Below, piece after piece: positions 30,833 to 41,965 of a stretch of 64,000 nt of DNA; position 1 is the stretch's first letter; each line of letters begins with the position of its first letter. The DNA lies in contig MELF01000020.1 of the NCBI GenBank assembly GCA_001767525.1, forward strand, positions 11,417 through 75,416, given 5' to 3'. The DNA comes from Acidobacteria bacterium RIFCSPLOWO2_12_FULL_68_19 (GTDB taxonomy: Bacteria; Acidobacteriota; Vicinamibacteria; Vicinamibacterales; UBA2999). The notes under the pieces are model-generated. The model was not told the origin of the DNA. It saw only the letters and a program-made list of their open reading frames with translations, and did not search any database. Made by a program: the position numbers and the translations under genes.

Positions 30833-31512
30833 AGATCCTGCTCTCGTGGAGCTCCGGCAAGGACAGCGCGTGGGCGCTGCACGTGCTCAACCAGACCCAC
30901 CCCGGCGCCGTCGCGGCGCTGCTGACGACGGTCAATGAGGCGGTCGATCGCGTCGCGATGCACGCGGTCAGGCGCGACGTGCTCGAGGCGCAGGCGGAGG
31001 CCGCGGGACTGCCCCTCCGGATCGTGCCCATTCCCCATCCGTGTTCCAACGACGTGTACGAGGCGCGCATGCGCGACGCGGTGGCCGCCTCCGTTGCCGA
31101 TGGCTTCACCCATGCGGCCTTCGGCGACCTGTTCCTCGAGGACGTGCGCCGCTACCGCGAGGATCGACTCGCCGGTACGGGCCTGGCGCCGCTGTTCCCC
31201 GTCTGGGGCGTCCCGACGCGCGAGCTGGCGCACCGTATGATCGACGCCGGACTCCGGGCGAGGATTGCCTGCGTTGACACGCGCGTCCTCGACGGGTCGT
31301 TCGTCGGCCGCGACTGGGACCGCGCCCTGCTCGGCGAGCTGCCGGCCGGCATCGACCCGTGCGGCGAGAACGGCGAGTTCCACACGTGCGTGTACGCCGG
31401 GCCGATGTTCAGCAGTCCACTGCTGCTGGAGCGCGGCGAGACCGTCACGCGCGAGCCCTTCATCTGGGCCGACCTGGTGCCTCGCGGCCTCGACGCCGCG
31501 AGAGCCTGTTGA
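30829..31512 (+). CDS. PP-loop ATP pyrophosphatase, Dph6/MJ0570-related (COG2102-like), function unknown
   Basis: GTGA overlap with the btuF-like gene. N-terminal KILLSWSSGKDSAWAL (SGGKDS-type PP-loop). C-terminal CGENGEFHT typical of this family. Confidence 0.7.
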   Translation: MKILLSWSSGKDSAWALHVLNQTHPGAVAALLTTVNEAVDRVAMHAVRRDVLEAQAEAAGLPLRIVPIPHPCSNDVYEARMRDAVAASVADGFTHAAFGDLFLEDVRRYREDRLAGTGLAPLFPVWGVPTRELAHRMIDAGLRARIACVDTRVLDGSFVGRDWDRALLGELPAGIDPCGENGEFHTCVYAGPMFSSPLLLERGETVTREPFIWADLVPRGLDAARAC

Positions 31513-31531
31513 CGGCCGGCTTCAACCGCCC

Positions 31532-32338
31532 ATGGGCACCTACCCGTCGCGCATTGTCTGCCTGACCGAGGAGACGACCGAGACGCTCTACCTGCTCGGC
31601 GAGGGCGACCGCGTCGTCGGAGTATCCGGCTATATGATCCGGCCGCCGGAAGCGCGCCAGAAGCCTCGCGTATCTGCCTTCCTCAACGCGCGTTTCAGCA
31701 GGATCGAGGCGCTCGAACCCGACCTGATCCTCGGGTTCTCGGATCTCCAGGCCGACATCGCCGCCGAACTGATCCGCCGCGGATACCCCGTGACCGTGTT
31801 CAATCAGCGGAGCCTTGCCGACATCCTTCAGATGATTCGGATCGTCGGCGGCCTGGTCGGGTGCGGCGAACGCGCGGCGGCGCTTGCCGGGCGACTGGAG
31901 CTCGAGATTGACGCCGTGCGCGCGGTCACCGCCGGACTGCCTCGGCCGCGGGTGTTCTTCGAAGAGTGGGACAACCCGTTGATTTCGGGGATCCGGTGGG
32001 TCGAGGAGCTCGTCGAGGCCGCCGGCGGCGCGCCGATCTTTCCCGAGCTGCGCGACGCGCGGCTCGGTCGCGAGCGCATCGTGACGCCCGACGAGGTCGT
32101 GCGGCGGAATCCGGAGGTGATCATCGCATCCTGGTGCGGCAAGGCGGTGCGCACCGAGCGGATTGCCGCGCGCGTCGGTTGGAACGAGGTGGCCGCCGTG
32201 CGGAACGGCCACATCTACGAGATCAAGTCCGCCTACGTCCTGCAGCCCGGCCCGGCCGCGCTGACCGAAGGGCTGCGGCAGCTCCACGGCATCCTCGCGC
32301 GGGTACGAACGCCGGAGGCGACGTCGGTCGCCCCATGA
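31532..32338 (+). CDS. BtuF-like cobalamin-binding / helical-backbone binding protein without signal peptide
   Basis: In-frame ATG of ORF 31265..32338. Motifs RIVCLTEETTETLYLLG and PDLILGF. No N-terminal hydrophobic segment. Confidence 0.7.
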   Translation: MGTYPSRIVCLTEETTETLYLLGEGDRVVGVSGYMIRPPEARQKPRVSAFLNARFSRIEALEPDLILGFSDLQADIAAELIRRGYPVTVFNQRSLADILQMIRIVGGLVGCGERAAALAGRLELEIDAVRAVTAGLPRPRVFFEEWDNPLISGIRWVEELVEAAGGAPIFPELRDARLGRERIVTPDEVVRRNPEVIIASWCGKAVRTERIAARVGWNEVAAVRNGHIYEIKSAYVLQPGPAALTEGLRQLHGILARVRTPEATSVAP

Positions 32339-32394
32339 CGCCGCTCGGCGTAGACTACAAGGCCTCTCGCGTGAACAGGAGGTGGAGCCTGGCC

Positions 32395-33462
32395 ATGAGG
32401 CACATCCGTTTCTTCGTCATCGCTTGTGGGATCTTCGGTATCGCCGTGGCGGCGGCGCAGACGCAGGGCGGCCAGACCCGGCCGGCCCAGGGCGCCGACC
32501 CGTACGCGGGCAATCCCGCCGCCGGCACGACCGCGTTTCCGCTGGCCGCGCCCGCCGGCACGGACAGCAACGCGAGGAATGCCCCGCCGCAGGGCGCCGT
32601 CAATCAGGGACCGTTCGACCCGGCGGCCTGGAAGTACGGTCCGGCCTTCGACCCGCCGGCCGGCGCCAGGACATGGAATCCGGTGCGCCTCAAGCTGATG
32701 CAGGGCGGCAAGGTGACGGGCGGCACGCTGTTCGGCGCCACCGATCCCGCGGTGTACTGCGCGATGGCGAACGCCGGCTACGACTTCATCTGGACCGAGA
32801 TGCAGCACAACGAGCGCGACTGGCAGGCGGCGGCGCGCATGTGGCGCACCTGCCCCCATGCCAGGGCCGTCCCGGGCGTCCGCGTGGCGTACGCCGACGA
32901 ACGGGAAATCCAGCATGCCCTCGATGCCGGCGCGCTCGTCGTCGTGGTGCCCACCGTGGACACCGTCGAGGAGGCGATTGCGGCGCGGAACTGGACGTAC
33001 TTCCCGCCGCTCGGGCGGCGCAGCGCCGGCGGCGGACAGGCGTTCGACGCCGGCATGTGGGGCGGGGTGCCGGGCGGCTACCGGAACACCATCAACGACA
33101 ACATCGTGCTCATCCTGATGATCGAAACGCTCGAAGGCCTGAAGAACGCCGACGCGATCGCGCGCGTGCCCGGCGTCACGGCGCTCTTCGCCGCGAGCGG
33201 CGATCTCGGCAATTTCACGGGCTACCGCCAGGGGACGCCCGACTACGAACGTGCGATCAACATCGTCCACGACGCGGCGCTGAAGGCGGGCGCGCGGCTG
33301 TGCGGCCCGCTCGCGTGGCGCGATCGCCCCGACTTCACTTGCTTCCAGGCGGGAAGCGAGCTGGCGGCGATCGCACGCGGTGCGGCGGCCGAGCTCGGCC
33401 CGCTGGCACATACGCAGGCGAGGCCGGACGCGGGGCCGTTTGCCGCAGCGGCGAAGCCGTGA
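32395..33462 (+). CDS. HpcH/HpaI aldolase/citrate-lyase family protein with signal peptide and about 95-aa N-terminal extension
   Basis: ATG 13 nt after AGGAGG. Signal FFVIACGIFGIAVAAAQ. Aldolase core AMANAGYDFIWTEMQHN...LILMIETLEG. Confidence 0.7.
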   Translation: MRHIRFFVIACGIFGIAVAAAQTQGGQTRPAQGADPYAGNPAAGTTAFPLAAPAGTDSNARNAPPQGAVNQGPFDPAAWKYGPAFDPPAGARTWNPVRLKLMQGGKVTGGTLFGATDPAVYCAMANAGYDFIWTEMQHNERDWQAAARMWRTCPHARAVPGVRVAYADEREIQHALDAGALVVVVPTVDTVEEAIAARNWTYFPPLGRRSAGGGQAFDAGMWGGVPGGYRNTINDNIVLILMIETLEGLKNADAIARVPGVTALFAASGDLGNFTGYRQGTPDYERAINIVHDAALKAGARLCGPLAWRDRPDFTCFQAGSELAAIARGAAAELGPLAHTQARPDAGPFAAAAKP

Positions 33463-33476
33463 TGCCGGGTTCGACT

Positions 33477-33502
33477 GTAGGGCGGGTCCTTTCGGACCCG
33501 CC
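33477..33502 (+). repeat. REP-like GTAG-hairpin unit
   Basis: GTAG GGCGGGTCC tttc GGACCCGCC, 15 nt after the aldolase stop. Confidence 0.75.
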
Positions 33503-33601
33503 GGAGCCTGGTTCAGCGCGCTGGCGCGCCTCGCGCCGGCGGGGAGTCGGTACATGGCGTTGACTCCAATTCGTCGCTGATAGCGGGCGAGGAGGTCTGA
33601 G

Positions 33602-34057
33602 ATGAGAACGTCTGGCCTGGTCGGGCTGGTCCTCGCGGTTGTCTACACCTCGACGGCGTTTCCGGTCCAGCGCGGCCCGGTGCAGTCGGACCAGGACATC
33701 CTCATCGCGATCGAGCGAGGCTGGAATGACGCCTTCTACAGGCGCGACATCGCGTTCATCGAGAACCTCCTTGCCGACGAGTTCATCGCCACCTATGACG
33801 ATGGCACGCGCGGCGACAAGCAGAAGGAGCTGGCGCTCGCCGCCGGATTCGACCAGCGGGTCGAGTCGGCGATTCAGGACGACTTCACCGTCAAGGTGTA
33901 CCGTGACACCGCCGTCGTCTGGTTCACGCTGAACATCGTCGGGATCAAGCAGGGGGAGCGCTCGACGCTCACGCTGCGCTACACCGACGTCTGGGTATTC
34001 CGCGATGGCCGGTGGCAGTGCGTCTCGACCCAGAGCACGCGCGTGATGGCGCGCTGA
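33602..34057 (+). CDS. SnoaL-like / DUF4440 (NTF2-fold) protein with signal peptide
   Basis: 151 aa. GAGGAGG before the ATG. Typical ending DVWVFRDGRWQCVSTQST. Confidence 0.7.
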   Translation: MRTSGLVGLVLAVVYTSTAFPVQRGPVQSDQDILIAIERGWNDAFYRRDIAFIENLLADEFIATYDDGTRGDKQKELALAAGFDQRVESAIQDDFTVKVYRDTAVVWFTLNIVGIKQGERSTLTLRYTDVWVFRDGRWQCVSTQSTRVMAR

Positions 34058-34223
34058 TCAAGATTAGGATTAACCCGGATTGTTCATGCATCTCGAGAGC
34101 GAAGGGGCGCGTTCGACGAGAAACGCGTTCGGAGCAGGCCGTTCACCTTCGCGCCATCAGTCGCTGGCAGCGCCCGTTGTGGCACAATGCCCGCGCTCGA
34201 GAGCCATGAACAGGAGGAACCTC

Positions 34224-35195
34224 ATGCGACGGCGAAGGGTCGCGGTCTCGATTGCGCTGGTGATGACGGCGACGCTCGGCGGCGGCGTGGCGGCCGCGCA
34301 GACCGCGCGAGCGGTGAAGGTGACGGTGCTCTCCACGATGCTTGCCGGCAACCGTGACGCGGGCATCGGCGAATGGGGATTTGCGGCGCTGCTGGAAGTG
34401 GACGGCCGTCGGCTCCTCATCGACACGGGCGAACGGCCAGAGACGGTATTGCGGAACGCCGCGGAGCTCGGCATCGACCTGTCCGACATCACCGACCTGG
34501 TGCTGACGCACAACCACGGCGATCACACCGGCGGGCTGCTCACGCTCCGCCGGGAACTGGCCCGGAAGAACCCTCGGGCGCTGTCCCGCGTGCACGTGGC
34601 CCGGGGCATCTTCCTTCCCCGGCCGCGTGAAGGCGGCGGAGAGGACAACGGCCTGCTGCCGACCCGAGCGGCGTACGAGGCCACCGGCGGCGCCTTCGTC
34701 GAGCACGACGGGCCGACGCAGATTCTGCCCGGCGTCTGGTTCACCGGGCCCGTTCCGCGCGCCTACCCCGAGCGCAACTGGTCTCCACGGGGCCAGGTTC
34801 GCACCCCCGCCGGCCTCGTCGAGGACACGGTGCCGGAAGACGCCTCCGTGGTCGTCGATACCGCAGACGGTCTGATTCTCGTCAGCGGCTGCGGGCACGC
34901 CGGGATCGTCAACACCATCGAGTACTCGCGCAAGGTCGTCCGCGCGGCGCCCCTGCAAGCCGCCATCGGCGGCTTCCATCTGTTCGCCGCCACCGACGCG
35001 ACCCTGGAGTGGACCGCCGGCAAGCTGCGCGAGTTCGGTCTGCGGCACCTCGTCGGCGCGCACTGCACCGGCATCGAGGCCGTCTACCGGATTCGCAGCC
35101 TGGCCGGACTCACTCGGCGGACGGCGGTCGTCGGCGCCGTGGGATCGAGCTTTACGCTCGGCAAGGGGATTGCCGCGCTCTCCATTGCCGGTTGA
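34224..35195 (+). CDS. MBL-fold metallo-hydrolase (COG1237-like), exported (RRRR signal)
   Basis: ATG 6 nt after AGGAGGA, inside ORF 34080..35195. Signal MRRRRVAVSIALVMTATLGGGVAAAQ. Motifs THNHGDHTGG and SGCGHAG. Confidence 0.8.
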   Translation: MRRRRVAVSIALVMTATLGGGVAAAQTARAVKVTVLSTMLAGNRDAGIGEWGFAALLEVDGRRLLIDTGERPETVLRNAAELGIDLSDITDLVLTHNHGDHTGGLLTLRRELARKNPRALSRVHVARGIFLPRPREGGGEDNGLLPTRAAYEATGGAFVEHDGPTQILPGVWFTGPVPRAYPERNWSPRGQVRTPAGLVEDTVPEDASVVVDTADGLILVSGCGHAGIVNTIEYSRKVVRAAPLQAAIGGFHLFAATDATLEWTAGKLREFGLRHLVGAHCTGIEAVYRIRSLAGLTRRTAVVGAVGSSFTLGKGIAALSIAG

Positions 35196-35206
35196 CGGAG
35201 GTCGCC

Positions 35207-35551
35207 ATGGTTGCCGTCATCTTCGAAGTGTGGCCCGCCGACGGGCGCCGGCAGGAATATCTCGACCTGGCCGCCTCGCTTCGTCCGCTGCTCGAGCAGA
35301 TCGACGGCTTCATCTCGATTGAACGCTTCGAGAGCCTGTACGAGCCCGGAAAGGTCCTCTCGCTCTCCTTCTTCCGTGACGAGGAGGCGGTCGCGCGATG
35401 GCGGGCGCTCGAGGCGCATCGCGTCGTCCAGGCGAAGGGTCGGGGAGGAATCTTCAGGGACTACCGTTTGCGCGTGGCTGGAATCATCCGCGACTACGGA
35501 ATGGCCGACCGCCGGCAGGCACCGGACGACAGCCGCGCGGTTCACGGTTAG
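35207..35551 (+). CDS. Antibiotic-biosynthesis-monooxygenase (ABM) family protein
   Basis: In-frame ATG after GGAGG. Motifs FEVWPADGRRQEYLDLA...GFISIERFES...SFFRDEEAVARWR. Confidence 0.7.
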   Translation: MVAVIFEVWPADGRRQEYLDLAASLRPLLEQIDGFISIERFESLYEPGKVLSLSFFRDEEAVARWRALEAHRVVQAKGRGGIFRDYRLRVAGIIRDYGMADRRQAPDDSRAVHG

Positions 35552-35591
35552 CGGGGGTCCCCGGCGCGCGGACCTTGCGCGTGGGGGTGCC

Positions 35592-36419
35592 TCAGGCGCT
35601 GTACTCGACGTCGATCGGCTTCGGCACGAGGCGCTTCTCCCACGCCTCGTCGAAGAGCCGCCGGACGGCCGCACGGCCGCGCTCGCCGTAGTCGAGCGTC
35701 AGCTCGTTCACGTACATCCCGACGAATCGATCGGCCTTGGCGCGGTCGAGACCGCGGCCGAACTGCAGGGCGTAGTCGAGCGCCTCCTGGCGGTGGGCGA
35801 GCGCGTACGCGATGCTCTCGCGCAGCAGCCGCGATACCGTTGCGATCACGCCGGCGCCCAGGTCGCGGCGGATGACGTTGCCGCCGAGCGGCAACGGCAG
35901 GCCGCCGGTGCGCGCGCCCCACCACTGGCCGAGATCGACGATCTTCTTCAGCCCCTCGTCGGCGTAGGTGAGCTGCCCCTCGTGAATCAGCAGCCCCGCC
36001 GCCGCCTCTCCCGCGCGGACCGCATCAGAAATGCGATCGAACGGCATCACCACGTACTGCACGCCGGGATCGTAGAGCTGCAGTGCGAGAAACGAGGTCG
36101 TCAGCGTACCCGGCACGGCGACCCTCACCCCGTCGAGGGAGGAGGGGCCCTCGGCGCGGGCCACCACGATCGGGCCGTAGTCGTCGCCCATGCTGGAGCC
36201 GTGCGGCAGCAGCAGGTAGGTGTCGGTGAGATAGGCGTACGCGTTGAACGAGACGGCGCTCACCTCGTACGTCCCCTCGAACGCGGCGCGATTGAGCGTC
36301 TCGATGTCCGCCAGCAGGTGCGCGAACTCGATCCCGCCGGTCGGCACCTTGCCGCTGGCGAGACCGTAGTGCATGAAGGCGTCGTCGGAATCAGGACTGT
36401 GGGCGACGGTGATTTTCAT
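35592..36419 (-). CDS. MqnA/MqnD-family menaquinone biosynthesis protein (1,4-dihydroxy-6-naphthoate synthase-like)
   Basis: Internal ATG (MKITVAHSPDSDDAFMHYGL...) of ORF 35592..36464. The N-terminal HSPDSDDAFM motif is typical of this family. Confidence 0.7.
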   Translation of the reverse strand: MKITVAHSPDSDDAFMHYGLASGKVPTGGIEFAHLLADIETLNRAAFEGTYEVSAVSFNAYAYLTDTYLLLPHGSSMGDDYGPIVVARAEGPSSLDGVRVAVPGTLTTSFLALQLYDPGVQYVVMPFDRISDAVRAGEAAAGLLIHEGQLTYADEGLKKIVDLGQWWGARTGGLPLPLGGNVIRRDLGAGVIATVSRLLRESIAYALAHRQEALDYALQFGRGLDRAKADRFVGMYVNELTLDYGERGRAAVRRLFDEAWEKRLVPKPIDVEYSA

Positions 36420-36430
36420 CGAGATTGCGT

Positions 36431-36454
36431 CGGGTCCGAAAGGACCCGGCCTAC
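36431..36454 (-). repeat. REP-like GTAG-hairpin unit (reverse orientation)
   Basis: The reverse complement reads GTAG GC CGGGTCC tttc GGACCCG. Its CTAC overlaps the stop codon of the gene at 36451. Confidence 0.75.
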
Positions 36455-36816
36455 TTCCTGGCACGCTCGGCGAGCCACCGAATCAGGGCGCCGAGATCGG
36501 CGGCGGGAGCACGGAACTCCTTCGGCGTGGCCTGCTCCATCATCTCCCGGTGCGTCGGCGCGCCGTAGGGCACCGGTCCGCTCGCCAGGTGCGCGTCCGG
36601 TCCGAAGAGCACGATCGGCGGCGCCTGGCCGTAGATCTGAACCCGGTAGCGCAGAGTCAGCCCCTGGCGCTCCTCCCGGTCGGCCGACTCACGCAGCCCA
36701 CGCTGAATCCGGTCCAGGTCGATCGGCAGCCGGCTGACGTCGACGCCGGTCTGGGCGAGCGCCGGCGAAGCGAGCCCGAGCGCCAACAGCGCGATCGCCA
36801 TCCGGTGTCCCCGCAT
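36451..36816 (-). CDS. Secreted hypothetical protein (121 aa)
   Basis: Signal peptide MAIALLALGLASPALAQ. No family recognised. Confidence 0.5.
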   Translation of the reverse strand: MRGHRMAIALLALGLASPALAQTGVDVSRLPIDLDRIQRGLRESADREERQGLTLRYRVQIYGQAPPIVLFGPDAHLASGPVPYGAPTHREMMEQATPKEFRAPAADLGALIRWLAERARK

Positions 36817-36876
36817 ATCAGTCGAGACGGGACTCCCCGTTGCTCATTCTCATCCATTCTTCGTGCCAGCGGGCGG

Positions 36877-37281
36877 TCACCGCGTGGCGGCCGCGTTGGC
36901 CTCGCGCTTGCGCTGGTAGTCGGCGATTGCCGCCTTGATCGCGTCCTCGGCGAGCACCGAGCAGTGCATTTTCACCGGCGGCAGTTGCAGCTCGTGGGCG
37001 ATGTCGCCGTTGGTGATCGCGAGCGCCTGATCGAGGGTTCGTCCCTTCAGCCATTCCGTGACCAGGCTGGAGCTGGCAATGGCCGAGCCGCACCCGAACG
37101 TCTTGAATCTGGCGTCATCGATGACGCCGGTGCCGGGACTCACCCGGATCTGCAGCTTCATCACGTCGCCGCACTCGGGGGCGCCGACCAGCCCGGTGCC
37201 GACGTGCGGGTCGTCCTTCGGCAGCGATCCGACGTTCCTCGGGTTCTGAAAATGGTCGATGACCTTGGGCGAGTAGGTCAT
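36877..37281 (-). CDS. iscU: Fe-S cluster assembly scaffold IscU
   Basis: 134 aa. Motifs GAPECGDVMKL, FKTFGCGSAIASSS, LPPVKMHCSVLAEDAI. Confidence 0.93.
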   Translation of the reverse strand: MTYSPKVIDHFQNPRNVGSLPKDDPHVGTGLVGAPECGDVMKLQIRVSPGTGVIDDARFKTFGCGSAIASSSLVTEWLKGRTLDQALAITNGDIAHELQLPPVKMHCSVLAEDAIKAAIADYQRKREANAAATR

Positions 37282-37282
37282 G

Positions 37283-38497
37283 TCAGTGCGCCGTCCATCT
37301 CTGCTTGGACAGGTCGGCGCCTTCCTTCATCAGCTCGTAGAGCGGCGACATCTCCCGGAGGCGTCGAACCACCGCAGCCACCTTATCGGCGACGTAGTCC
37401 ACTTCCTCCTCGGTCGTCCACCGCCCCAGGCCGAAGCGGATCGACGAATGGGCGAGGTCGTCTCCGGTGCCGAGCGCCTTCAGTACGTACGACGGCTCGA
37501 GGCTGGCCGACGTGCACGCCGACCCCGACGAGACCGCCACGTCGTTGATGCCCATCAGCAGCGACTCACCCTCGACGTAGGCGAAGCTGACGTTGAGGCT
37601 GTGCGGCAGCCGGTGCTCCAGCGATCCGTTGACATAGATGCCGTCCAGGCTCTGGTGGAGCTTTTCGTTCAGGCGGTCGCGCAGCCTGGCGAGGCGCGCC
37701 GCTTCGCCTGCCATCTCCGTCCTGCAGAGCTCCGCCGCCTTGCCAAGGCCCACGATTCCCGGAACGTTCAGCGTGCCGGAGCGGATGCCCCGCTCGTGCC
37801 CGCCGCCGCTGATCTGCTCGGCGAGCAGCACCCGCGGGTTGCGGCGGCGCACGAACAGCGCGCCAATCCCCTTTGGGCCGTAGATCTTGTGCCCGCTCAT
37901 CGATACGAGGTCGGCCTGCACCTGGTTGACGTCGAAAGGAACCTTGCCGGCCGCCTGGACCGCGTCGGTATGAAAGATGACTCCCTTTTCCTTGGCGACT
38001 GCGCCGATCTCGGCCACCGGCTGGAGGACGCCAATCTCGTTGTTGGCCGTCATGATCGAGATCAGGATCGTCTTGTCGGTGAGCGCGGCGCGGAGTTCCC
38101 GTAGATCGATCCGGCCGTCCTTCTGCACCGGCAGGTACGTCACGCGAAAGGTCTGCTCCTCGAGCTGCCGGCAGGGATCGAGGACCGCCTTGTGCTCGGT
38201 GACGCAGGTGACGATGTGATTCCCCTTTTCGCCGTACATCGCCGCCGCGCCCTTGAGCGCCAGGTTGTTCGCCTCGGTCGCGCAGCTCGTGAAGACGATC
38301 TCCTTCGGGGTGGCGCCGATGAGATCCGCCACCTGCTGCCGGGCCTGCTCGACCGCCTTCTCCGCCGCCCAGCCGAACGCATGATTGCGGCTGGCGGGAT
38401 TGCCGAACTCCTGGGTGAAGAATGGCAGCATCGCGTCGAGCACCCTCGGGTCGACGGGGGTCGTCGCGTGATGGTCCATGTAGATCGGCAGCTTCAT
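37283..38497 (-). CDS. iscS: Cysteine desulfurase IscS
   Basis: 404-aa part of ORF 37283..38671, from [17 protein letters not shown] Lys in [10 protein letters not shown]; active-site SSGSACTS. Confidence 0.93.
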   Translation of the reverse strand: MKLPIYMDHHATTPVDPRVLDAMLPFFTQEFGNPASRNHAFGWAAEKAVEQARQQVADLIGATPKEIVFTSCATEANNLALKGAAAMYGEKGNHIVTCVTEHKAVLDPCRQLEEQTFRVTYLPVQKDGRIDLRELRAALTDKTILISIMTANNEIGVLQPVAEIGAVAKEKGVIFHTDAVQAAGKVPFDVNQVQADLVSMSGHKIYGPKGIGALFVRRRNPRVLLAEQISGGGHERGIRSGTLNVPGIVGLGKAAELCRTEMAGEAARLARLRDRLNEKLHQSLDGIYVNGSLEHRLPHSLNVSFAYVEGESLLMGINDVAVSSGSACTSASLEPSYVLKALGTGDDLAHSSIRFGLGRWTTEEEVDYVADKVAAVVRRLREMSPLYELMKEGADLSKQRWTAH

Positions 38498-38943
38498 CGT
38501 CGGAGGACTCGTGCGGGTATCACCACCGGCGCATCGTCGGCCGGCTCGACGGCGAGCTCCGCAATCGTGACTGTCTGGAGCGCCGCGGCGATGCGTTCGC
38601 GAATCTGCCAGAGCGGATCGCGAATGCTGCACTTGGTGAACTGGTCGCAGTCGTGCTTCGCCGTGGAGCACGCGGTGATGGTGAACGGACCGTCGATCGC
38701 CTGGATCACATCGGCCACGGTCATCGCCGACGCGGGGCGCCCCAGCGCGTACCCGCCGCGGGTGCCCTGGCTGGAGACCAGGAGCCCGGTCCGGACGAGC
38801 CGTTGGAGCACTTTCGCCATCAACTCCAACGGAATGTCGTAATGCTCGGCAATCTCGCGGGCGCTCGTCGACGGCAACGATCGGACGGCGAGGTGCGTCA
38901 CGGCCATTAGGGCGTAATCCGCTTTCTTCGACAACCTCAGCAT
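38494..38943 (-). CDS. iscR: Rrf2-family transcriptional regulator (IscR-like)
   Basis: 149-aa C-terminal part of ORF 38494..39708. Begins [19 protein letters not shown]. Three Cys (C-x7-C-x5-C) in [16 protein letters not shown]. 4-nt overlap with iscS. Confidence 0.85.
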   Translation of the reverse strand: MLRLSKKADYALMAVTHLAVRSLPSTSAREIAEHYDIPLELMAKVLQRLVRTGLLVSSQGTRGGYALGRPASAMTVADVIQAIDGPFTITACSTAKHDCDQFTKCSIRDPLWQIRERIAAALQTVTIAELAVEPADDAPVVIPARVLRR

Positions 38944-38975
38944 GACGCCCCGCAGGGCGGATCCTCCGGACCCGC

Positions 38976-40427
<1,452 letters not shown>

Positions 40428-40484
40428 ATTCTGGCAATCTTCCTCGAACAAAGGGTCGAGCCGTTGTCGCGGCCCGAACACCCG

Positions 40485-40934
40485 TCATCTCAGGCCTGCT
40501 GTCGGTACTACTCCCATCTGCTGGCCTGCGTCCAGCAGTTCTTCCTCGTCGAACGCGGACCGGTCCTCGCGCAGGCGCCACGAGGCCATGTCCTGCGGCA
40601 CCCCGGCGCGGACCGACACGATGACGTACGAGAACGACGGCCACGCGTGATCGAGATCGTACTGCGACGGGCGGGCCGGATGATCGGGATGCGAATGGTA
40701 GAACCCGAGCAGCTCGGCTCCCCGCGCCGACGCCTGACGCTCGGCGTCCTGGTAATCCTCCGGCCGCACCCGGAACCGGCGCCGCGGCCCCTCCTCGGTG
40801 GTGTTGGGCAGCGCGTACGCCGCCCACACGGCCCCGTCGCGGCCGACCAGCGCCCCGCAGCACTCGTTCGGATACGTCTCGGCTCCGTGCCTCCGGATCG
40901 CATCCGCCACGCCCGGCTGCAGCACGAGCGCCAT
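40485..40934 (-). CDS. mec: JAMM/MPN+ metalloprotease (Mec-like)
   Basis: 149-aa C-terminal part of ORF 40485..41750. Motifs NECCGALVG and GFYHSHPDHPARPSQYD (HxHx7Sx2D). 1-nt TGATG overlap with cysM. Confidence 0.85.
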   Translation of the reverse strand: MALVLQPGVADAIRRHGAETYPNECCGALVGRDGAVWAAYALPNTTEEGPRRRFRVRPEDYQDAERQASARGAELLGFYHSHPDHPARPSQYDLDHAWPSFSYVIVSVRAGVPQDMASWRLREDRSAFDEEELLDAGQQMGVVPTAGLR

Positions 40935-41866
40935 CAGCCCTTCTCGTCCCAGACGCGTTCGGACAGGTACTTCTCGCCGCCGTCGCAGAACACGACGACG
41001 ATGACGGCGTCGGACACCCGCCGCGCGACGTGGAGCGCGCCCGCGAGGTTGGCGCCGCTCGAAATTCCGACAAATAGTCCCGACTGCGCCAGTTGCCGCG
41101 TCAGCTCGTACGCTTCTTCGGTGCTCACCCCGATGTCTTCGTCGGCCAGCCCCGGATCGTAGATGCCCGGCACGATGGCGGTCGCCATGTGCTTCAGCCC
41201 CTCCAGGCCGTGCAGCGGCGAGTCCGGCTGCACCGAAATCAACCGGATCGCGGGGCTCAGCTCCCGCAGCCGTCGTCCCGTGCCGATGAACGTCCCGCCC
41301 GTGCCGAGCCCCGCCACGAAGTGCGTGACGCGTCCTTCGGTCTGCTCGAAGATCTCCGGCCCGGTCGTGTCGTAGTGCGACAGCCAGTTGCCCGCGTTGT
41401 TGTACTGGTCGGCGTAGAAATAGAGCGCCGGGTCGGCCGCATACATCGCCTTCGCCTCGAGGATGGCGCCGTCGGACCCTTCCATCGGATCGGTGAACAC
41501 GATCTCGGCGCCAAAGGCGTGCAGGATCCGCTTCCGCTCCGGCGTGACGTTCGACGGGACGCAGAGCCGCACGCGGTATCCCCGGGCGGCCCCAATCATC
41601 GCGTAGGCGATCCCCGTGTTCCCGGAGGTGGCGTCGAGGATGATCTTGTCGCGCGTCAGTGCGCCCGATCGCTCGCCGTCCAGGATCATCCGCGCCGCGG
41701 GGCGATCCTTCACCGACCCGCCCGGGTTGCGCCACTCGGCCTTCGCCCACAGCTCGACGTGCCTGAGATCGCGTTCGAAGCGGGACAGGCGGACCAGGGG
41801 CGTATTGCCGATCAAGTCGAGGACGGACTGCGAGCTTCGCGCAATCCCGGGGGTGACGGCAGGCAT
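40934..41866 (-). CDS. cysM: Cysteine synthase B-type (CysM, PLP-dependent; O-phosphoserine/CysO-thiocarboxylate type by context)
   Basis: ATG MPAVT... within ORF 40934..41947. Motifs GNTPLV, NPGGSVKDRPA, TSGNTGIAYA, GLGTGGTFIG. Confidence 0.88.
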   Translation of the reverse strand: MPAVTPGIARSSQSVLDLIGNTPLVRLSRFERDLRHVELWAKAEWRNPGGSVKDRPAARMILDGERSGALTRDKIILDATSGNTGIAYAMIGAARGYRVRLCVPSNVTPERKRILHAFGAEIVFTDPMEGSDGAILEAKAMYAADPALYFYADQYNNAGNWLSHYDTTGPEIFEQTEGRVTHFVAGLGTGGTFIGTGRRLRELSPAIRLISVQPDSPLHGLEGLKHMATAIVPGIYDPGLADEDIGVSTEEAYELTRQLAQSGLFVGISSGANLAGALHVARRVSDAVIVVVFCDGGEKYLSERVWDEKG

Positions 41867-41965
41867 GTCCGACTGTTCCAGTCCGATTTTATCAACTCTC
41901 CGGCGCGGCACGAAACACGCCGCCGGAATCGCTGCAGAACCGCGCACGCGCTCCCGCGCGGCGGC

